DNA of 64,000 nt from an uncultured Melioribacter sp. (GCA_964595365.1 CAZQQC010000001.1:34238-98237); one strand, 5' to 3'; shown: positions 30,949 to 42,094, counted from the stretch's first letter. The notes: generated by a model from the letters alone, not told the origin. Made by a program: numbers and translations.

Positions 30949-32568
30949 TTATGCGTATTCTCTTGTCACATCTTCCCCGGTTTTAGAGGACAGAAAATGA
31001 AATGATTGCGGGTTCAATTTTAAATCTTCTAAGATTCTTATTCGAACAAAATATTTTATTTGTAATTTCAACCGGGTAGAAATAATTCCTTCTTTCATTT
31101 TTTCTGCAAGCGAAGGATGAACTTTCAGAACAAGCGCTTTTCCTTTTCCTTCCAGCCGGTACCTTTTCAGCCAACCGTCAATTTCATGTATCAGGTTTGA
31201 TTTTTTAGTAAGATAACCGCTGCCGCCGCAGTAAGGGCATGCTTCATTCATCGACTGCAAAATATTTTCGCGAACACGTTCCCGTGTAATTTGCACTAAG
31301 CCGAATTCTGTCATCGGCAGTAATGCAGTTTTTGCACGGTCTTTTCTGAATTCTTTTTTCAGCTCATCGTAAATTTTCTTACGGTTCTTTTCATCTTCCA
31401 GATCAATAAAATCCACAACTATTAATCCGCCAATATCCCGAAGCCGAAGCTGGCGTACAATTTCACGCGCGGCTTCTAAATCTGTTTTGAGCGAATTTAG
31501 TTCCTGATCTTTCTTTGCAGCGTAGCGACCGCTGTTAACATCAATTACCACCATTGCTTCCGTATGTTCAATTACTATGTGACCGCCGCTCGGCAGCGCA
31601 ACCTTTCTTCCCATCAAACCTTTTATTTGCTGATCGATCTTGAAGGCTTCAAAAATCGGTTCTTCACCTTTATACAATTCAACTCTTTCCAGCAGAGAAG
31701 GCTGAACATACTGAACATAATTCCGGATCTCTTTCAAAAGTTTTCTTGAATCGACAAACACTTTTGAAACATCCGGTGTGAACAGATCGCGTATGACACT
31801 GATTGTAGTGCTCAAGTCTTTGTAGAGAAGAGCCGGCGGTTCTTCTTTTTTCGCATCTTCCTGCATATCCGCCCAAATTTTTATCAGGTATTTCAGATCG
31901 GCAGAAAGGGATTCTTCCGTTTGATCTTTTGCTGCGGTTCTGATGATCAAACCGCAGCTCTGCGGAATAATACCGCGTGCAATTCTGCGCAGTCTTTTCC
32001 GTTCGCGGTAATCAGAAATTTTTTTAGAAACACCAATTTTATTATCAAGAGGAAGAAGAACACAAAACCGTCCCGGTATCGAAATTGAAGATGTTACACG
32101 CACGCCTTTATCTTTAACCGGTTCTTTTATTATCTGAATTAATATTTCTTCCCCTTTGTAAAGCTTGGGTATCTGCCGTTCTCTCTGTTCCGGTTTTTCC
32201 TTTTCCACAACAGGTTTAGGTTCAGCAGGCGGAGCTTTAACAGAAGTTTGTGTTCCGGTTGCAGTTTCGGTTTGGGAAGTTTCTTCATCATTGTCATCCG
32301 TCTCGTCGTCTTCATCAAGAAGATCTTGAAGAGCTTCGGTGCGCTCGCCAATATCGGAAAAGTGTAAGAACGCATCATGTTTCATACCTATATCTATAAA
32401 TGCTGCGCGGATGCCCGGCAATACTCTTGCAACTTTACCGAGATAAACATCCCCCACCATCCTTCGTTTTTCCGGATGATCGACAAAAAAATCTACGAGA
32501 TTTCCCTCTTCGGTAATAGCAACGTGATTCTGAGTTGTAGAAGAGGTTATAATTATTTCCTTATTCAT
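30949..32568 (-). CDS. rng: Ribonuclease G/E family endoribonuclease
   Basis: 539 aa. S1 domain (GDVYLGKVARVLPGIRAAFIDIG), the catalytic core (IVIEHTEAMVVIDVNSG) and a Zn-link CPYCGGSG. Confidence 0.9.
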   Translation of the reverse strand: MNKEIIITSSTTQNHVAITEEGNLVDFFVDHPEKRRMVGDVYLGKVARVLPGIRAAFIDIGMKHDAFLHFSDIGERTEALQDLLDEDDETDDNDEETSQTETATGTQTSVKAPPAEPKPVVEKEKPEQRERQIPKLYKGEEILIQIIKEPVKDKGVRVTSSISIPGRFCVLLPLDNKIGVSKKISDYRERKRLRRIARGIIPQSCGLIIRTAAKDQTEESLSADLKYLIKIWADMQEDAKKEEPPALLYKDLSTTISVIRDLFTPDVSKVFVDSRKLLKEIRNYVQYVQPSLLERVELYKGEEPIFEAFKIDQQIKGLMGRKVALPSGGHIVIEHTEAMVVIDVNSGRYAAKKDQELNSLKTDLEAAREIVRQLRLRDIGGLIVVDFIDLEDEKNRKKIYDELKKEFRKDRAKTALLPMTEFGLVQITRERVRENILQSMNEACPYCGGSGYLTKKSNLIHEIDGWLKRYRLEGKGKALVLKVHPSLAEKMKEGIISTRLKLQIKYFVRIRILEDLKLNPQSFHFLSSKTGEDVTREYA

Positions 32569-32586
32569 TTAAAACCTTTTATGTTC

Positions 32587-33654
32587 TTATCCCAGCACGT
32601 GGGCATTTTCTTCAGCCAGCCAGAAAAGAATTTTCTTTTGAAATTTTTTATGAATTTCTTTATTGGCTTCTGAATTACAGACACCGTTTAAATTTTTGTT
32701 TGTATGTTCTGATAACAGCGAACGCAAAGCGTTCAAATTTTTTACCGCGAATATTTTTTCAAGCAGAAAACTTATTCCACAGCTATGCCTGAAGTACCAA
32801 ATTGAATGTTTCTTGGCTTTATCAAGCGCTACCGGTTCGCCGAATTCCTTCTGCAGCAAATCAATCTGTTTCAAAATAGTGTCCAGTACTATTGCAGCAT
32901 CGGGCTCACCCGGATCGATTCCTGTTTCTACCAACAGATTGTAACGTGAAAAGATAAACGGATTTCCAAGCGCACCGCGTGCAATCATTGCAGAGTCGCA
33001 GCCGGTTTGCTCTATCATGTTCTTCACGTCATCGGGCGTGAACATCGAACCATTCCCCACAACAGGAATGCCGATATTCTCTTTAACTTTTTTTATCCAT
33101 TCCCAATCGGCAATTGTATCATATTTGTCGGTTCGCGCTCTTGCATGAACAAAAACCAGTGAAGCGCCGTTATCTTCTACGGCTTTCACGGCTTCAATGA
33201 TATTTATTTTTGTCCGGTCTTTGCCTAACCGCAATTTAGCGGATACCGGCACACTGCCGGCACTGTCAACCATTTTGCGAATTATCTTTCCAATCCTTTG
33301 AGGATCATCCAGCAAAGCGGCTCCCATGCTATGAGAGCAAACTTTTTCGACCGGACATCCAGCGTTAAGATCAATTAAATCCGGATTCAGTTTTGCAATT
33401 TCTTTTGTTGCTTCTCCTAAAATATCCGGATCGTTTCCAAGTACCTGAACGCCAATAGGTTTTTCCGATCTGTTAAACGATAGATGCCGCAAAGTTTCAA
33501 ATTCATTTTTGATAACACCGAGCGCGCTAACCATTTGTGTAAATGTTAATCCCGCTCCATGCTCTTTACATATCATCCGGAAAGACGAGTCGGTCACCTC
33601 AGCCATCGGGGCTAAGAAAAGTTTCTTGCCTGTTTTAAGGTTACCGGCTTCCAT
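32587..33654 (-). CDS. tRNA-dihydrouridine synthase
   Basis: 355 aa. LAPMAEVTDSSFR, DLNAGCP, TIM-barrel Dus pattern. Confidence 0.85.
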   Translation of the reverse strand: MEAGNLKTGKKLFLAPMAEVTDSSFRMICKEHGAGLTFTQMVSALGVIKNEFETLRHLSFNRSEKPIGVQVLGNDPDILGEATKEIAKLNPDLIDLNAGCPVEKVCSHSMGAALLDDPQRIGKIIRKMVDSAGSVPVSAKLRLGKDRTKINIIEAVKAVEDNGASLVFVHARARTDKYDTIADWEWIKKVKENIGIPVVGNGSMFTPDDVKNMIEQTGCDSAMIARGALGNPFIFSRYNLLVETGIDPGEPDAAIVLDTILKQIDLLQKEFGEPVALDKAKKHSIWYFRHSCGISFLLEKIFAVKNLNALRSLLSEHTNKNLNGVCNSEANKEIHKKFQKKILFWLAEENAHVLG

Positions 33655-33703
33655 AAACTTTCTAAGCGGTTAATCGAAAAATCTTTTTCAACGGCATCAA
33701 AGG

Positions 33704-35818
33704 TTAGAATTGTTCTTCGTTGTTCTCTTCACCGTTCTCCTTTGTTTCTTTCAAGAGTACTTTTCTTGATAGAGAAAACTTTCCGCCTTCGATACCGACA
33801 AGCTTCACTTTAATCATATCGCCTTCTTTCAACGCATCGGTAACTTTATTGATGCGTTTGTTATCGATTTGGGAAATATGAAGTAAGCCTTGCGTGCCGG
33901 GCAAAAATTCTACAAACGCACCAAATTCTTTTATACTTGCAACTTTACCGTTATAAATTTTTCCAACTTCCGGCTCGGCTGTAAGCCATTTAATATATTC
34001 TTTGGCTTCTTTAGCCAATTTAGCGTTTTGACCGGCAATGCTAACGGTTCCATCTTCTTCAATATTGATCTCAACGCAGAAATCCTTCTGCATCTTCTGA
34101 ATAACTTTTCCACCGGGTCCAATTACAGCGCCGATCTTATCTGTCGGGATCTTCGTGGTGTAAATTCTTGGCGCAAAAGATGAAATGCCTTCGCGCGGAG
34201 AAGATATAGCCTCGTTCATAATTTTCAAAATGTGAAGTTTTCCTTCTTTTGCCTGCTCAAGAGCTTTTTCAATAATCTCGTACGAGATGCCTTGAATCTT
34301 TATGTCCATCTGGAAACCGGTAATTCCGTTTTCCGAACCGGCAACTTTGAAATCCATATCGCCAAGGTGATCTTCATTGCCAAGTATGTCGGAAAGAATT
34401 GCGTACCGATCTCCTTCTTTTATTAGCCCCATCGCAATGCCGGCAATTGCACATTTTACCGGAACACCTCCGTCCATTAATGCAAGCGAACCCGCACAAA
34501 CGGTTGCCATTGATGATGAACCGTTCGATTCGAGAATATCGGAGTTCAAGCGAATCATATAGGGAAATTTGTCTTCAAATGGAACAATATTTTTTAGCGA
34601 ACGTTCTGCCAGGTTTCCGTGGCCGACCTCTCTTCTGCCTACACCCGAAAATCTTCCGACTTCACCAACGCTGAATGGAGGAAAGTTGTAATGAAGAATA
34701 AATCTTTTTTTGTATTCGCCCTGAAGCCCGTCAATTATCTGTTCATCACTTTTCGAACCGAGAGTTAAAGTAGTTAAGCTTTGTGTTTCGCCGCGAGTAA
34801 AAAGTGCCGTTCCGTGAACGCGAGGGAGGATTCCGAGTTCAACAGAAATCGGCCTGATCTGTTTTGTGTTTCTTCCGTCCAGGCGCAATCCTTCTTCGAG
34901 AATTCTTTTACGCATCAATTCTTTTTCCATATCATGAAGAATCGATTTTATTACCTCTTCCTGTTCCGGATATCTTTCGGCGAGAGCGGCAAGAACTTCA
35001 TCGGTTAATTTGCTGTTTGTTTCGGATCGTTCTTCTTTTGTTAGAACGGATGCAACAATAGTTTTGAATTTTTCGAAAGCCAAAGCATTAACATCGTTCA
35101 AAAGATTTTGATCAATTTCTTTTTTCGGAATTTCCATTTTCGATTTACCGCAAAGCGCTCGAAGTTCGTTCTGAACCGCCACAATTTTTTTAATTTCTGC
35201 ATGAGCAAACATGAGTGCATCGAGCATTTCTTTTTCGCTTACTTCTTTAGCCTCGCCTTCAACCATCATGATGGAACTTTCGGTGCCTGCAACAACAAGT
35301 TCGATATCGCTTTCTTCAATTTCCTGGAAAGAAGGATTGATGACTAACTTGCCGTTTACTCTGCCAACGCGAACTTCGCCGATTGGTTCAAGAAATGGAA
35401 TGTTGGAAATGGTAAGCGCGGCAGATGCGGCACAGGCAGAAATTACGTCCGGCTCATTCTCGTTATCGAATGAATAAACAAATGCGGCTAACTGTGTATC
35501 GTTCACATATTCGTCGGGAAACAGTGGACGAATCGGGCGGTCGACCAATCGTGCGCTTAAGACTTCCTTATCGCTAGGTTTGCCTTCGCGCTTAAAAAAT
35601 CCTCCCGGAATTTTTCCGGCAGCAAAGGATTTTTCTCTGTACTCTACACTAAGCGGAAAGAAATCGACATCGTCACGAACTTCACCGGCAACGACTGTTA
35701 CCAAAACCATTGTATCGCCATAACGGGCAACAACAGCTCCGTTTGCTTGCTTAGCCAGTTTTCCCGTCTCAAAAATTAGTTTGTGTTTTCCTATTTGTAC
35801 TTCTTTGGTATAGATCAT
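33704..35818 (-). CDS. pnp: Polyribonucleotide nucleotidyltransferase (PNPase)
   Basis: 704 aa with two RNase PH domains, KH and S1 (GKIYNGKVASIKEFGAFVEF). Confidence 0.97.
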   Translation of the reverse strand: MIYTKEVQIGKHKLIFETGKLAKQANGAVVARYGDTMVLVTVVAGEVRDDVDFFPLSVEYREKSFAAGKIPGGFFKREGKPSDKEVLSARLVDRPIRPLFPDEYVNDTQLAAFVYSFDNENEPDVISACAASAALTISNIPFLEPIGEVRVGRVNGKLVINPSFQEIEESDIELVVAGTESSIMMVEGEAKEVSEKEMLDALMFAHAEIKKIVAVQNELRALCGKSKMEIPKKEIDQNLLNDVNALAFEKFKTIVASVLTKEERSETNSKLTDEVLAALAERYPEQEEVIKSILHDMEKELMRKRILEEGLRLDGRNTKQIRPISVELGILPRVHGTALFTRGETQSLTTLTLGSKSDEQIIDGLQGEYKKRFILHYNFPPFSVGEVGRFSGVGRREVGHGNLAERSLKNIVPFEDKFPYMIRLNSDILESNGSSSMATVCAGSLALMDGGVPVKCAIAGIAMGLIKEGDRYAILSDILGNEDHLGDMDFKVAGSENGITGFQMDIKIQGISYEIIEKALEQAKEGKLHILKIMNEAISSPREGISSFAPRIYTTKIPTDKIGAVIGPGGKVIQKMQKDFCVEINIEEDGTVSIAGQNAKLAKEAKEYIKWLTAEPEVGKIYNGKVASIKEFGAFVEFLPGTQGLLHISQIDNKRINKVTDALKEGDMIKVKLVGIEGGKFSLSRKVLLKETKENGEENNEEQF

Positions 35819-35830
35819 TTAATTTCCTTT

Positions 35831-36100
35831 TTACTTTCTAATGTTCAATTCTTTAATAATGTTACGATACCTTTCAATATCTTTTTCGCCGAGATAATCA
35901 AGCAGTCTTCTTCTTTTACCAACAAGCTGCATTAAACCTCTTCGTGAAGCATGATCTTTTTTGTGTTCTTCGAAGTGACCTGTTAGGCGATTGATTCTTT
36001 CGGTAAGAAGCGCAATCTGTACCTCGGTAGTACCGCTGTCTTTGTCACCTTTACCGTACTTTTTAATTATTGCAAATTTCTCTTCTTTTGATAACAGCAT
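35831..36100 (-). CDS. rpsO: 30S ribosomal protein S15
   Basis: [16 protein letters not shown]...[25 protein letters not shown]. The ATG at 36100 has AAGGAG 8 nt upstream. The longer TTG-initiated track ORF is rejected. Confidence 0.95.
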   Translation of the reverse strand: MLLSKEEKFAIIKKYGKGDKDSGTTEVQIALLTERINRLTGHFEEHKKDHASRRGLMQLVGKRRRLLDYLGEKDIERYRNIIKELNIRK

Positions 36101-36129
36101 TTTGTTACTCCTTTTTTGTTTGTTCGATG

Positions 36130-36172
36130 TAATCCCAGTAACAATCCGGAAGAGCCGGATCAACCGGGATTA
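36130..36172 (-). promoter_or_regulatory. Structured leader upstream of rpsO (possible S15 autoregulatory element and/or ribF terminator)
   Basis: On the minus strand, TAATCCC...GGGATTA encloses the hairpin ATCCGG-ctctt-CCGGAT, located between the ribF stop and the rpsO RBS. Confidence 0.25.
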
Positions 36173-36180
36173 ATTAGTTT

Positions 36181-37113
36181 TTAAAATTTATTTTTTAATT
36201 CGAGCGCAATCTTTTTATCCGTTTCGATTTGATGTACCAAAGCATCTTTCGACTCAAACTTCTTCTCTTCGCGCAGGCGTTTTAGGAACGATACTTTGAA
36301 TTCTTTACCGTAAATGTCGCGGCTGAAATTTAATATGTGAACTTCGAGAACAAGCTCGTGCTTGTGTTCAAAAGTCGGTCTGTAACCTATATTCATTATC
36401 CCGAAATGATTTTCGTTTTCGACACGACAAGAAACAAAGTAAACTCCTTTCATAGGTATAGATTTGCCCGGTTCATCAAGTTTTATGTTTGCCGTTGGAA
36501 ATCCAAGCAGACGTCCTCGTTGCGCACCAATAACCACAGTGCCAGATAAAGAATAATTTCTTCCAAGAAAAAAGTTTGCTTTATCGATATTACCTTCCGC
36601 CAGAGCATTTCTAATTGCAGTACTGCTTACAATTTCCGTTTCAACGGTCACAGGTGCAACGTCGATCACTTCAAAACCATAAGCATTCCCGATTTCGCGG
36701 AGCTTATTTACATTGCCCAATCTGTCTTTGCCGAATTTGTGATCGTAACCGATAACCATTTTTGCAGCACCGATTTTTTCAACAACATATTTTTCGATAA
36801 ACTCTTCCGAGGTCAGTTTCGAGAATTCTTCGGTAAAGTTTATCACCGCCAAATTGTCAATTCCACCGGCTTCAAGAATTTCTTTTTTTTCAGCAAGCGA
36901 CGTTAGAATTTTCAAATCGAAATTTTTTGAAACTATCGATCTTGGGTGAGGATCGAACGTAATGACAAAACTGCTGCCATTAATTTGCCCGGCACATTTT
37001 TTTACTTCATTCAGAATTTCGAAGTGCCCTATATGCAATCCATCAAAAGAACCAACTGTAACCACAGGTTTATTCACTTTTTTTATTTCAGAATCGCCGC
37101 TGAATATTTTCAT
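36181..37113 (-). CDS. ribF: Bifunctional riboflavin kinase / FAD synthetase
   Basis: 310 aa. VVTVGSFDGLHIGH..., GFPTANI, and the C-terminal kinase domain. Confidence 0.92.
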   Translation of the reverse strand: MKIFSGDSEIKKVNKPVVTVGSFDGLHIGHFEILNEVKKCAGQINGSSFVITFDPHPRSIVSKNFDLKILTSLAEKKEILEAGGIDNLAVINFTEEFSKLTSEEFIEKYVVEKIGAAKMVIGYDHKFGKDRLGNVNKLREIGNAYGFEVIDVAPVTVETEIVSSTAIRNALAEGNIDKANFFLGRNYSLSGTVVIGAQRGRLLGFPTANIKLDEPGKSIPMKGVYFVSCRVENENHFGIMNIGYRPTFEHKHELVLEVHILNFSRDIYGKEFKVSFLKRLREEKKFESKDALVHQIETDKKIALELKNKF

Positions 37114-37115
37114 AA

Positions 37116-37841
37116 TTAGACAGAACGAATAACCTGTAAATAATTATTTACATACTCTCTAAACTCTTCTATCGTGAAAGCGTCATCTACGCTGAAGCAG
37201 CCGATTTGAGTTCGTCTTAATTTTTTCAAGTAAGCACCGCAACCTAATATTTTGCCAAAATCATTTGCTATTACCCGTATATAGGTTCCTTTCGAACAAC
37301 TAATTTCAAATTCAATATCGGGAAGATCAATATTTTTTGTTTCGAATTTAGAGATAAATACTTCACGTGGATTTCTTTCAATTTCCAAACCTTTTCTAGC
37401 GTAACGGTAAAGCGCTTTCCCGCTTTTTTTAAGTGCAGAATACATCGGCGGAACTTGTGTGATCCTGCCCAGAAATAAATTTCTCGTTTCAAAGATTTCT
37501 TTTTCCGTTACATGTTCAAACCTCTTCTCCGAATCAAATCCTGTTTCGGCATCGAACGACGGCGTAGTTCTGCCCAACGAAATAATTCCGGCGTAAGTCT
37601 TCTCTAACATTTGAAGATTCGAAATTTCTTTTGTCATTCTGCCTGTGCATACAAGAACGAGCCCTGTAGCTTGTGGATCCAAAGTGCCTGCGTGGCCTAC
37701 TTTCTGAATTTTCACCGTCTTTCTTACTTTATAAACCATATCGAAAGAACTTTTTTGAATAGGTTTATCGAGCAAAATTATTTCCCCTTTCCCGAAATCC
37801 GGTTCGTAATCAGGCATTGTTGTTTTTGCTACCGCCATCAT
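37116..37841 (-). CDS. truB: tRNA pseudouridine(55) synthase
   Basis: ILLDKP...KVGHAGTLDPQATGLVLVC... The start is ambiguous. The ATG at 37841 has GGAG 9 nt upstream, the ATG at 37817 overlaps the rbfA stop (ATGCCTGA), and the track start at 37910 is unlikely. Confidence 0.88.
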   Translation of the reverse strand: MMAVAKTTMPDYEPDFGKGEIILLDKPIQKSSFDMVYKVRKTVKIQKVGHAGTLDPQATGLVLVCTGRMTKEISNLQMLEKTYAGIISLGRTTPSFDAETGFDSEKRFEHVTEKEIFETRNLFLGRITQVPPMYSALKKSGKALYRYARKGLEIERNPREVFISKFETKNIDLPDIEFEISCSKGTYIRVIANDFGKILGCGAYLKKLRRTQIGCFSVDDAFTIEEFREYVNNYLQVIRSV

Positions 37842-38187
37842 CTGTACTATCTCCGGAATGAATCCTTTTAAACAACCCTTCCATCTTTTCCACATAATCC
37901 AGCGTATCATCTATAAAAAAGTGAAGTTCCGGTACAAATCTAATCCGAACTCTCGAAGCCAGTTCCGAACGAATCATTCCTTTTATTTCGTTTACTTTTT
38001 CCAAAACTTCGTTCCGTTTATCTTTTTCGTAAACCGAGAGATAAACCTTTGTGTGACGGAGATCCGGGCTCATCTTTACATTCGTTACAGTTATTGTTCC
38101 AAAAACTTCGTCGCGAACTTTGTGAAGAAAAATCAAACTCAATTCTTCTTTGATCAAGCTCGAAACCCTATTCAATCTATGAGTCAT
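37810..38187 (-). CDS. rbfA: Ribosome-binding factor A
   Basis: 125 aa. RVSSLIKEELSLIF...ITVTNVKMSPDLRHTKVY. Confidence 0.9.
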   Translation of the reverse strand: MTHRLNRVSSLIKEELSLIFLHKVRDEVFGTITVTNVKMSPDLRHTKVYLSVYEKDKRNEVLEKVNEIKGMIRSELASRVRIRFVPELHFFIDDTLDYVEKMEGLFKRIHSGDSTDDGGSKNNNA

Positions 38188-38189
38188 AG

Positions 38190-40802
38190 TTAGTTAAGCT
38201 TCTTTTTTGTTTCGATTAATTTATACGCTTCAATAATATCGCCTACTTTAATATCGTTAAAGTTGGCAATGCTTAGACCGCATTCGTAACCTTTTTCAAC
38301 TTCGCGAACATCGTCTTTGAAACGTTTCAATGAACCAAGCTCACCTTCGTAAGTTGCAATGCCTTCCCTGAACAAACGTACCTTATTACCCCTCGTAACT
38401 TTTCCGTCCTGAACAAAACATCCGGCAACGGTTCCAACTTTTTGAACTTTGAAAACTTCCCGCACTTCTATTGTTGCAACAACTTCTTCCGAAACAACCG
38501 GCGATAGCATTCCTTCGAGAGCAGATTTGATTTCGTTGATTGCATCGTAGATAATACTATAAAGACGTATATCAACCTTTTCCTGTTCGGCTAATTTCCG
38601 TGCGTTGGTATTCGGCCTTACATGAAATCCTACTATAATCGCTCTTGAAGCAGCGGCAAGCAGAACATCGCCTTCGGAAATGGCACCAACACCTTTATGA
38701 ATAACTTTCACCGAGACTTCTTGCGTTGTTAATTTCATCAACGAATCCGACAGCGCTTCGATTGATCCATCAACGTCTCCCTTCACAATTACAGGCAACT
38801 CTTTGAAACCGCCGTGACTAATTTGACTTGCTATTTCATCCAGAGTAATATGCCGGACTTGACGGTTGTCTTGCTCGCGTTTCAACTGCATTCGTTTCAA
38901 ACTTATTTCACGGGCATCCCGTTCCGATTGAGCAACTGTGAAATTGTCTCCGGCTTGAGGAGCAGATTCGAATCCAAGAACAAGAACCGGAGTTGAAGGA
39001 CCGGCTTCAAAAATTTTTTTGTTTCGTTCGTCAAACATTGTGCGTACACGCCCGTGAACAACGCCGGCAATAAACGGATCGCCAATTTTCATTGTACCTT
39101 TTTGAATAAGAACAGTTGCAGTAACACCTTTACCTTTATCCAATTGTGATTCTATAATTGTGCCGCGCGCCGTTCTATCCGGATTTGCTTTGAGTTCAAG
39201 CAATTCGGCTTCAAGAGCGATTTTTTCCAAAAGTAAGTCAACATTTTTTCCGGTCTTTGCAGAAATTTCTACGCTCTGATACTTTCCGCCCCAATCTTCC
39301 ACCAAAATATTTCTTTCTGCAAGTTGTTGTTTTATACGCTCGATGTTTGCATTAGGTTTATCAATTTTGTTGATAGCAATAATAATAGGCACATTAGCTG
39401 CCAGGGCATGGTTGATTGCTTCAACCGTTTGCGGCATTACAGCATCATCGGCTGCAACAATAAGTACAACAATATCTGTGACACGTGCACCGCGAGCACG
39501 CATTGCAGTAAATGCTTCGTGGCCGGGCGTATCGAGAAATGTAATTTGTTTCCCATCATCAAGAATTACTTTATACGCTCCTATGTGCTGCGTAATACCG
39601 CCTGCTTCGCCGGCAACAACATTAGCGCGGCGAATATAATCGAGCAGTGAGGTTTTACCGTGATCGACATGACCCATAATTGTTACAACCGGCGGACGGG
39701 GTTTCAGAAATTCGATTGGATCGGGAGTGTCTGCTTCAACATCTGCCTTGTATTCTTCCTCCAGCTCGATTTCAAAACCGAATTCATCGGCAACCAATGT
39801 AATCGTTTCGACATCGAGACGCTGATTGATTGAGACCATCAGTCCCAACGAAATACATTTTTGTATTACATCGCTGACCGGAACTTTCATCAGATTGGCA
39901 AGTTCATTAACGGCAATGTATTCACTTACTTTGATTTTGGTTTTTTCTAGCTCTTTTTGTTCAAGAATTCTATCATGAATTTCCTGTTTTTCTTTTCTTT
40001 TCTTTTTGCGAACAGATGCCCGTTCGCCTATGGCAGATTCATCCATGCTAAGTAAAGTTCTTTTAATTGCATCTTCAACTTCGCGGATATCAATTTCCAG
40101 CCGTTTTATTTTGCGTTTCTTTTTTACAACTGTAATATCTTCGGTACCGTCTTCCGGAGCTTTAGTTTTCTTCTTGGCTTTCAGAACTTTCTTCTTTTTC
40201 TTTTTCTTTTCAGCCGGTGCTTCTTCGGCAACAGCTTCAACTGTAACTTTCTGTATTGTCTCCAGTGCCTTTGTTTCTTCTTTCGGCTTTTCAACGAGAT
40301 CAATTCTGCCAACGATAGTAAGTCCCTTTTTCTTACCGGTTAGTTCAATTTCACTTTTTGTTTTGAATGTTTCCGTTTCTTCAGCTTGTTCTGTTACAGC
40401 TTCTGCCTGCTGTTCGCGCTCTGCCTGAACTTCAACTTGAACTTCTTCTTCAACTGCCACATTTTGTTCGGGTTTCATCTGAACCGGGGTTTCTGCCACA
40501 TGTTCGGCAGAAGTTTCAATAACAGGTTGTTCAGGAACAGCAGCTTCATGTTCTGCTTCGGCATAATCACCTCGTTTCTTATGAAACTCCGAAATTTTTT
40601 TGTAATGCTTCTCTGCTTTCTCAATATCTTTTTTGAAGTGAGATTTTATGTCGGAGAGCATTTCATCCGAAAGGATTGTCATGTGAGACTTAACGTCGTA
40701 TCCCTTCTTCTGCAAAAATTCGGTCAGACTTTCGGTAGAGAGATTGTACTCTGTTGCAAATTTGTAGAGTCGTACTTTAGAAGATTTAGGTATTTCCGGC
40801 AT
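38190..40802 (-). CDS. infB: Translation initiation factor IF-2
   Basis: 870 aa with a charged, low-complexity N-terminus. GTPase domain [29 protein letters not shown]. Confidence 0.97.
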   Translation of the reverse strand: MPEIPKSSKVRLYKFATEYNLSTESLTEFLQKKGYDVKSHMTILSDEMLSDIKSHFKKDIEKAEKHYKKISEFHKKRGDYAEAEHEAAVPEQPVIETSAEHVAETPVQMKPEQNVAVEEEVQVEVQAEREQQAEAVTEQAEETETFKTKSEIELTGKKKGLTIVGRIDLVEKPKEETKALETIQKVTVEAVAEEAPAEKKKKKKKVLKAKKKTKAPEDGTEDITVVKKKRKIKRLEIDIREVEDAIKRTLLSMDESAIGERASVRKKKRKEKQEIHDRILEQKELEKTKIKVSEYIAVNELANLMKVPVSDVIQKCISLGLMVSINQRLDVETITLVADEFGFEIELEEEYKADVEADTPDPIEFLKPRPPVVTIMGHVDHGKTSLLDYIRRANVVAGEAGGITQHIGAYKVILDDGKQITFLDTPGHEAFTAMRARGARVTDIVVLIVAADDAVMPQTVEAINHALAANVPIIIAINKIDKPNANIERIKQQLAERNILVEDWGGKYQSVEISAKTGKNVDLLLEKIALEAELLELKANPDRTARGTIIESQLDKGKGVTATVLIQKGTMKIGDPFIAGVVHGRVRTMFDERNKKIFEAGPSTPVLVLGFESAPQAGDNFTVAQSERDAREISLKRMQLKREQDNRQVRHITLDEIASQISHGGFKELPVIVKGDVDGSIEALSDSLMKLTTQEVSVKVIHKGVGAISEGDVLLAAASRAIIVGFHVRPNTNARKLAEQEKVDIRLYSIIYDAINEIKSALEGMLSPVVSEEVVATIEVREVFKVQKVGTVAGCFVQDGKVTRGNKVRLFREGIATYEGELGSLKRFKDDVREVEKGYECGLSIANFNDIKVGDIIEAYKLIETKKKLN

Positions 40803-40829
40803 TGTTAGATTATCCGTTTAGTGTTTAGT

Positions 40830-42077
40830 TTACTCTTCTTCTTCAAATTGATTCTCGAGAATCTCAATTATCTGTTTTGCTTTTTCTTCGTCTAGCCCTT
40901 CAATTTCTTTCAACTTATCAACGCCGGCACCAAGAACTTCGAGTGCAGAATCAAGACGGTTGTTAATAAGAAGGTCTACAATCTCGTTGCCAAGTTCTTC
41001 CCGCAGTTCTGTCAGTTCTATATCTTCTTCGTATTCTTCGAACGGTTTTTCCTGTCTAATTACTTCAATTTCGTAACCGCTCAATTTCATTGCAAGACGA
41101 ATGTTGACGCCGTTTCGCCCGACAATTAGGGATATTTGATCGCTATCGGCAGTTACGACACATTTTTTTGCTTCCTCATCGATGTCAATTTGTTTAAGTT
41201 TAGCCGGCGCCAAACATCTTTGAATGAACACAACCGGATCGTCGGAAAAATTTACCACGTCTATGTTCTCATTATTTAACTCACGTACTATCGCATGAAT
41301 GCGGACGCCTTTCATACCAACACAGGCACCCACAGCGTCAATTCTGGCATCTGAGGATTCAACGGCAACTTTTGCTCTTTCGCCCGGTTCGCGTGCAATG
41401 CTTTTGATCTCTATCACTCCATCGTAGATTTCCGGTATTTCAATTTCGAACAATCTTCTTAAGAAAAGATTATCGCCGCGTGAAATAATTATTAACGGAC
41501 CATTTTGAGTTTTTCTGACTTCTTTAATAACAGCACGAACGGTATCGCCTTTTCTATATTTCTCGCGCGGTATCTGCTCATTTCTTGGAAGAAGTAATTC
41601 ATTCTTGTTATGATTTACAAGAACATCGTTCCGCCGGACTTGATAGATATCGCCAACAACAATTTCGCCGAGCATTTCGCTGTATTCGTTGTATACAAGT
41701 TCCTTTTCAATTTCGCGGATTCTCTGGTTCAAACTTTGTCTTGCAAGATTTATTAGCCGTCTTCCAAATTCATGCAGTTCTATTTTTTCAACATAATCTT
41801 CGCCAACTTCCAACTCGTCGGGGTTACCTTTAGCATTAACATCTTCGATGCTAATTTCGAAACTGGGGTCTTTCACCTCGTCAACTATGATTCGTTCGAG
41901 AAATATTTCGATGTCGCCCTTATCCATGTTAACAACCACATCGTACTTGGCATCCTGTCCGTATTTCTTTTTTACCATCAGACCGAATATTTCTTCAATG
42001 ATGCCTGCAAGAACATCTTTATCAAGACTTTTCTCGCGAACCATCTGTGCAAAGGATTCCACTATTTCGGTGTTCAT
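40830..42077 (-). CDS. nusA: Transcription termination/antitermination factor NusA
   Basis: 415 aa with S1, two KH domains (ACVGMKGVRI) and an acidic C-terminus. Confidence 0.97.
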   Translation of the reverse strand: MNTEIVESFAQMVREKSLDKDVLAGIIEEIFGLMVKKKYGQDAKYDVVVNMDKGDIEIFLERIIVDEVKDPSFEISIEDVNAKGNPDELEVGEDYVEKIELHEFGRRLINLARQSLNQRIREIEKELVYNEYSEMLGEIVVGDIYQVRRNDVLVNHNKNELLLPRNEQIPREKYRKGDTVRAVIKEVRKTQNGPLIIISRGDNLFLRRLFEIEIPEIYDGVIEIKSIAREPGERAKVAVESSDARIDAVGACVGMKGVRIHAIVRELNNENIDVVNFSDDPVVFIQRCLAPAKLKQIDIDEEAKKCVVTADSDQISLIVGRNGVNIRLAMKLSGYEIEVIRQEKPFEEYEEDIELTELREELGNEIVDLLINNRLDSALEVLGAGVDKLKEIEGLDEEKAKQIIEILENQFEEEE

Positions 42078-42094
42078 TTACTACTCCTATATGA

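Noticed and set aside
35831-36163. N-terminally extended track ORFs for rpsO (110 aa), rimP (183 aa, 42095-42646), purL (755 aa), fsa (220 aa) and truB (264 aa)
   Set aside because: The extensions start at TTG or upstream ATG codons, run through terminator or leader structures or the preceding gene, and add non-conserved residues. Internal ATGs reproduce the canonical N-termini, and the rpsO ATG has an AAGGAG RBS.
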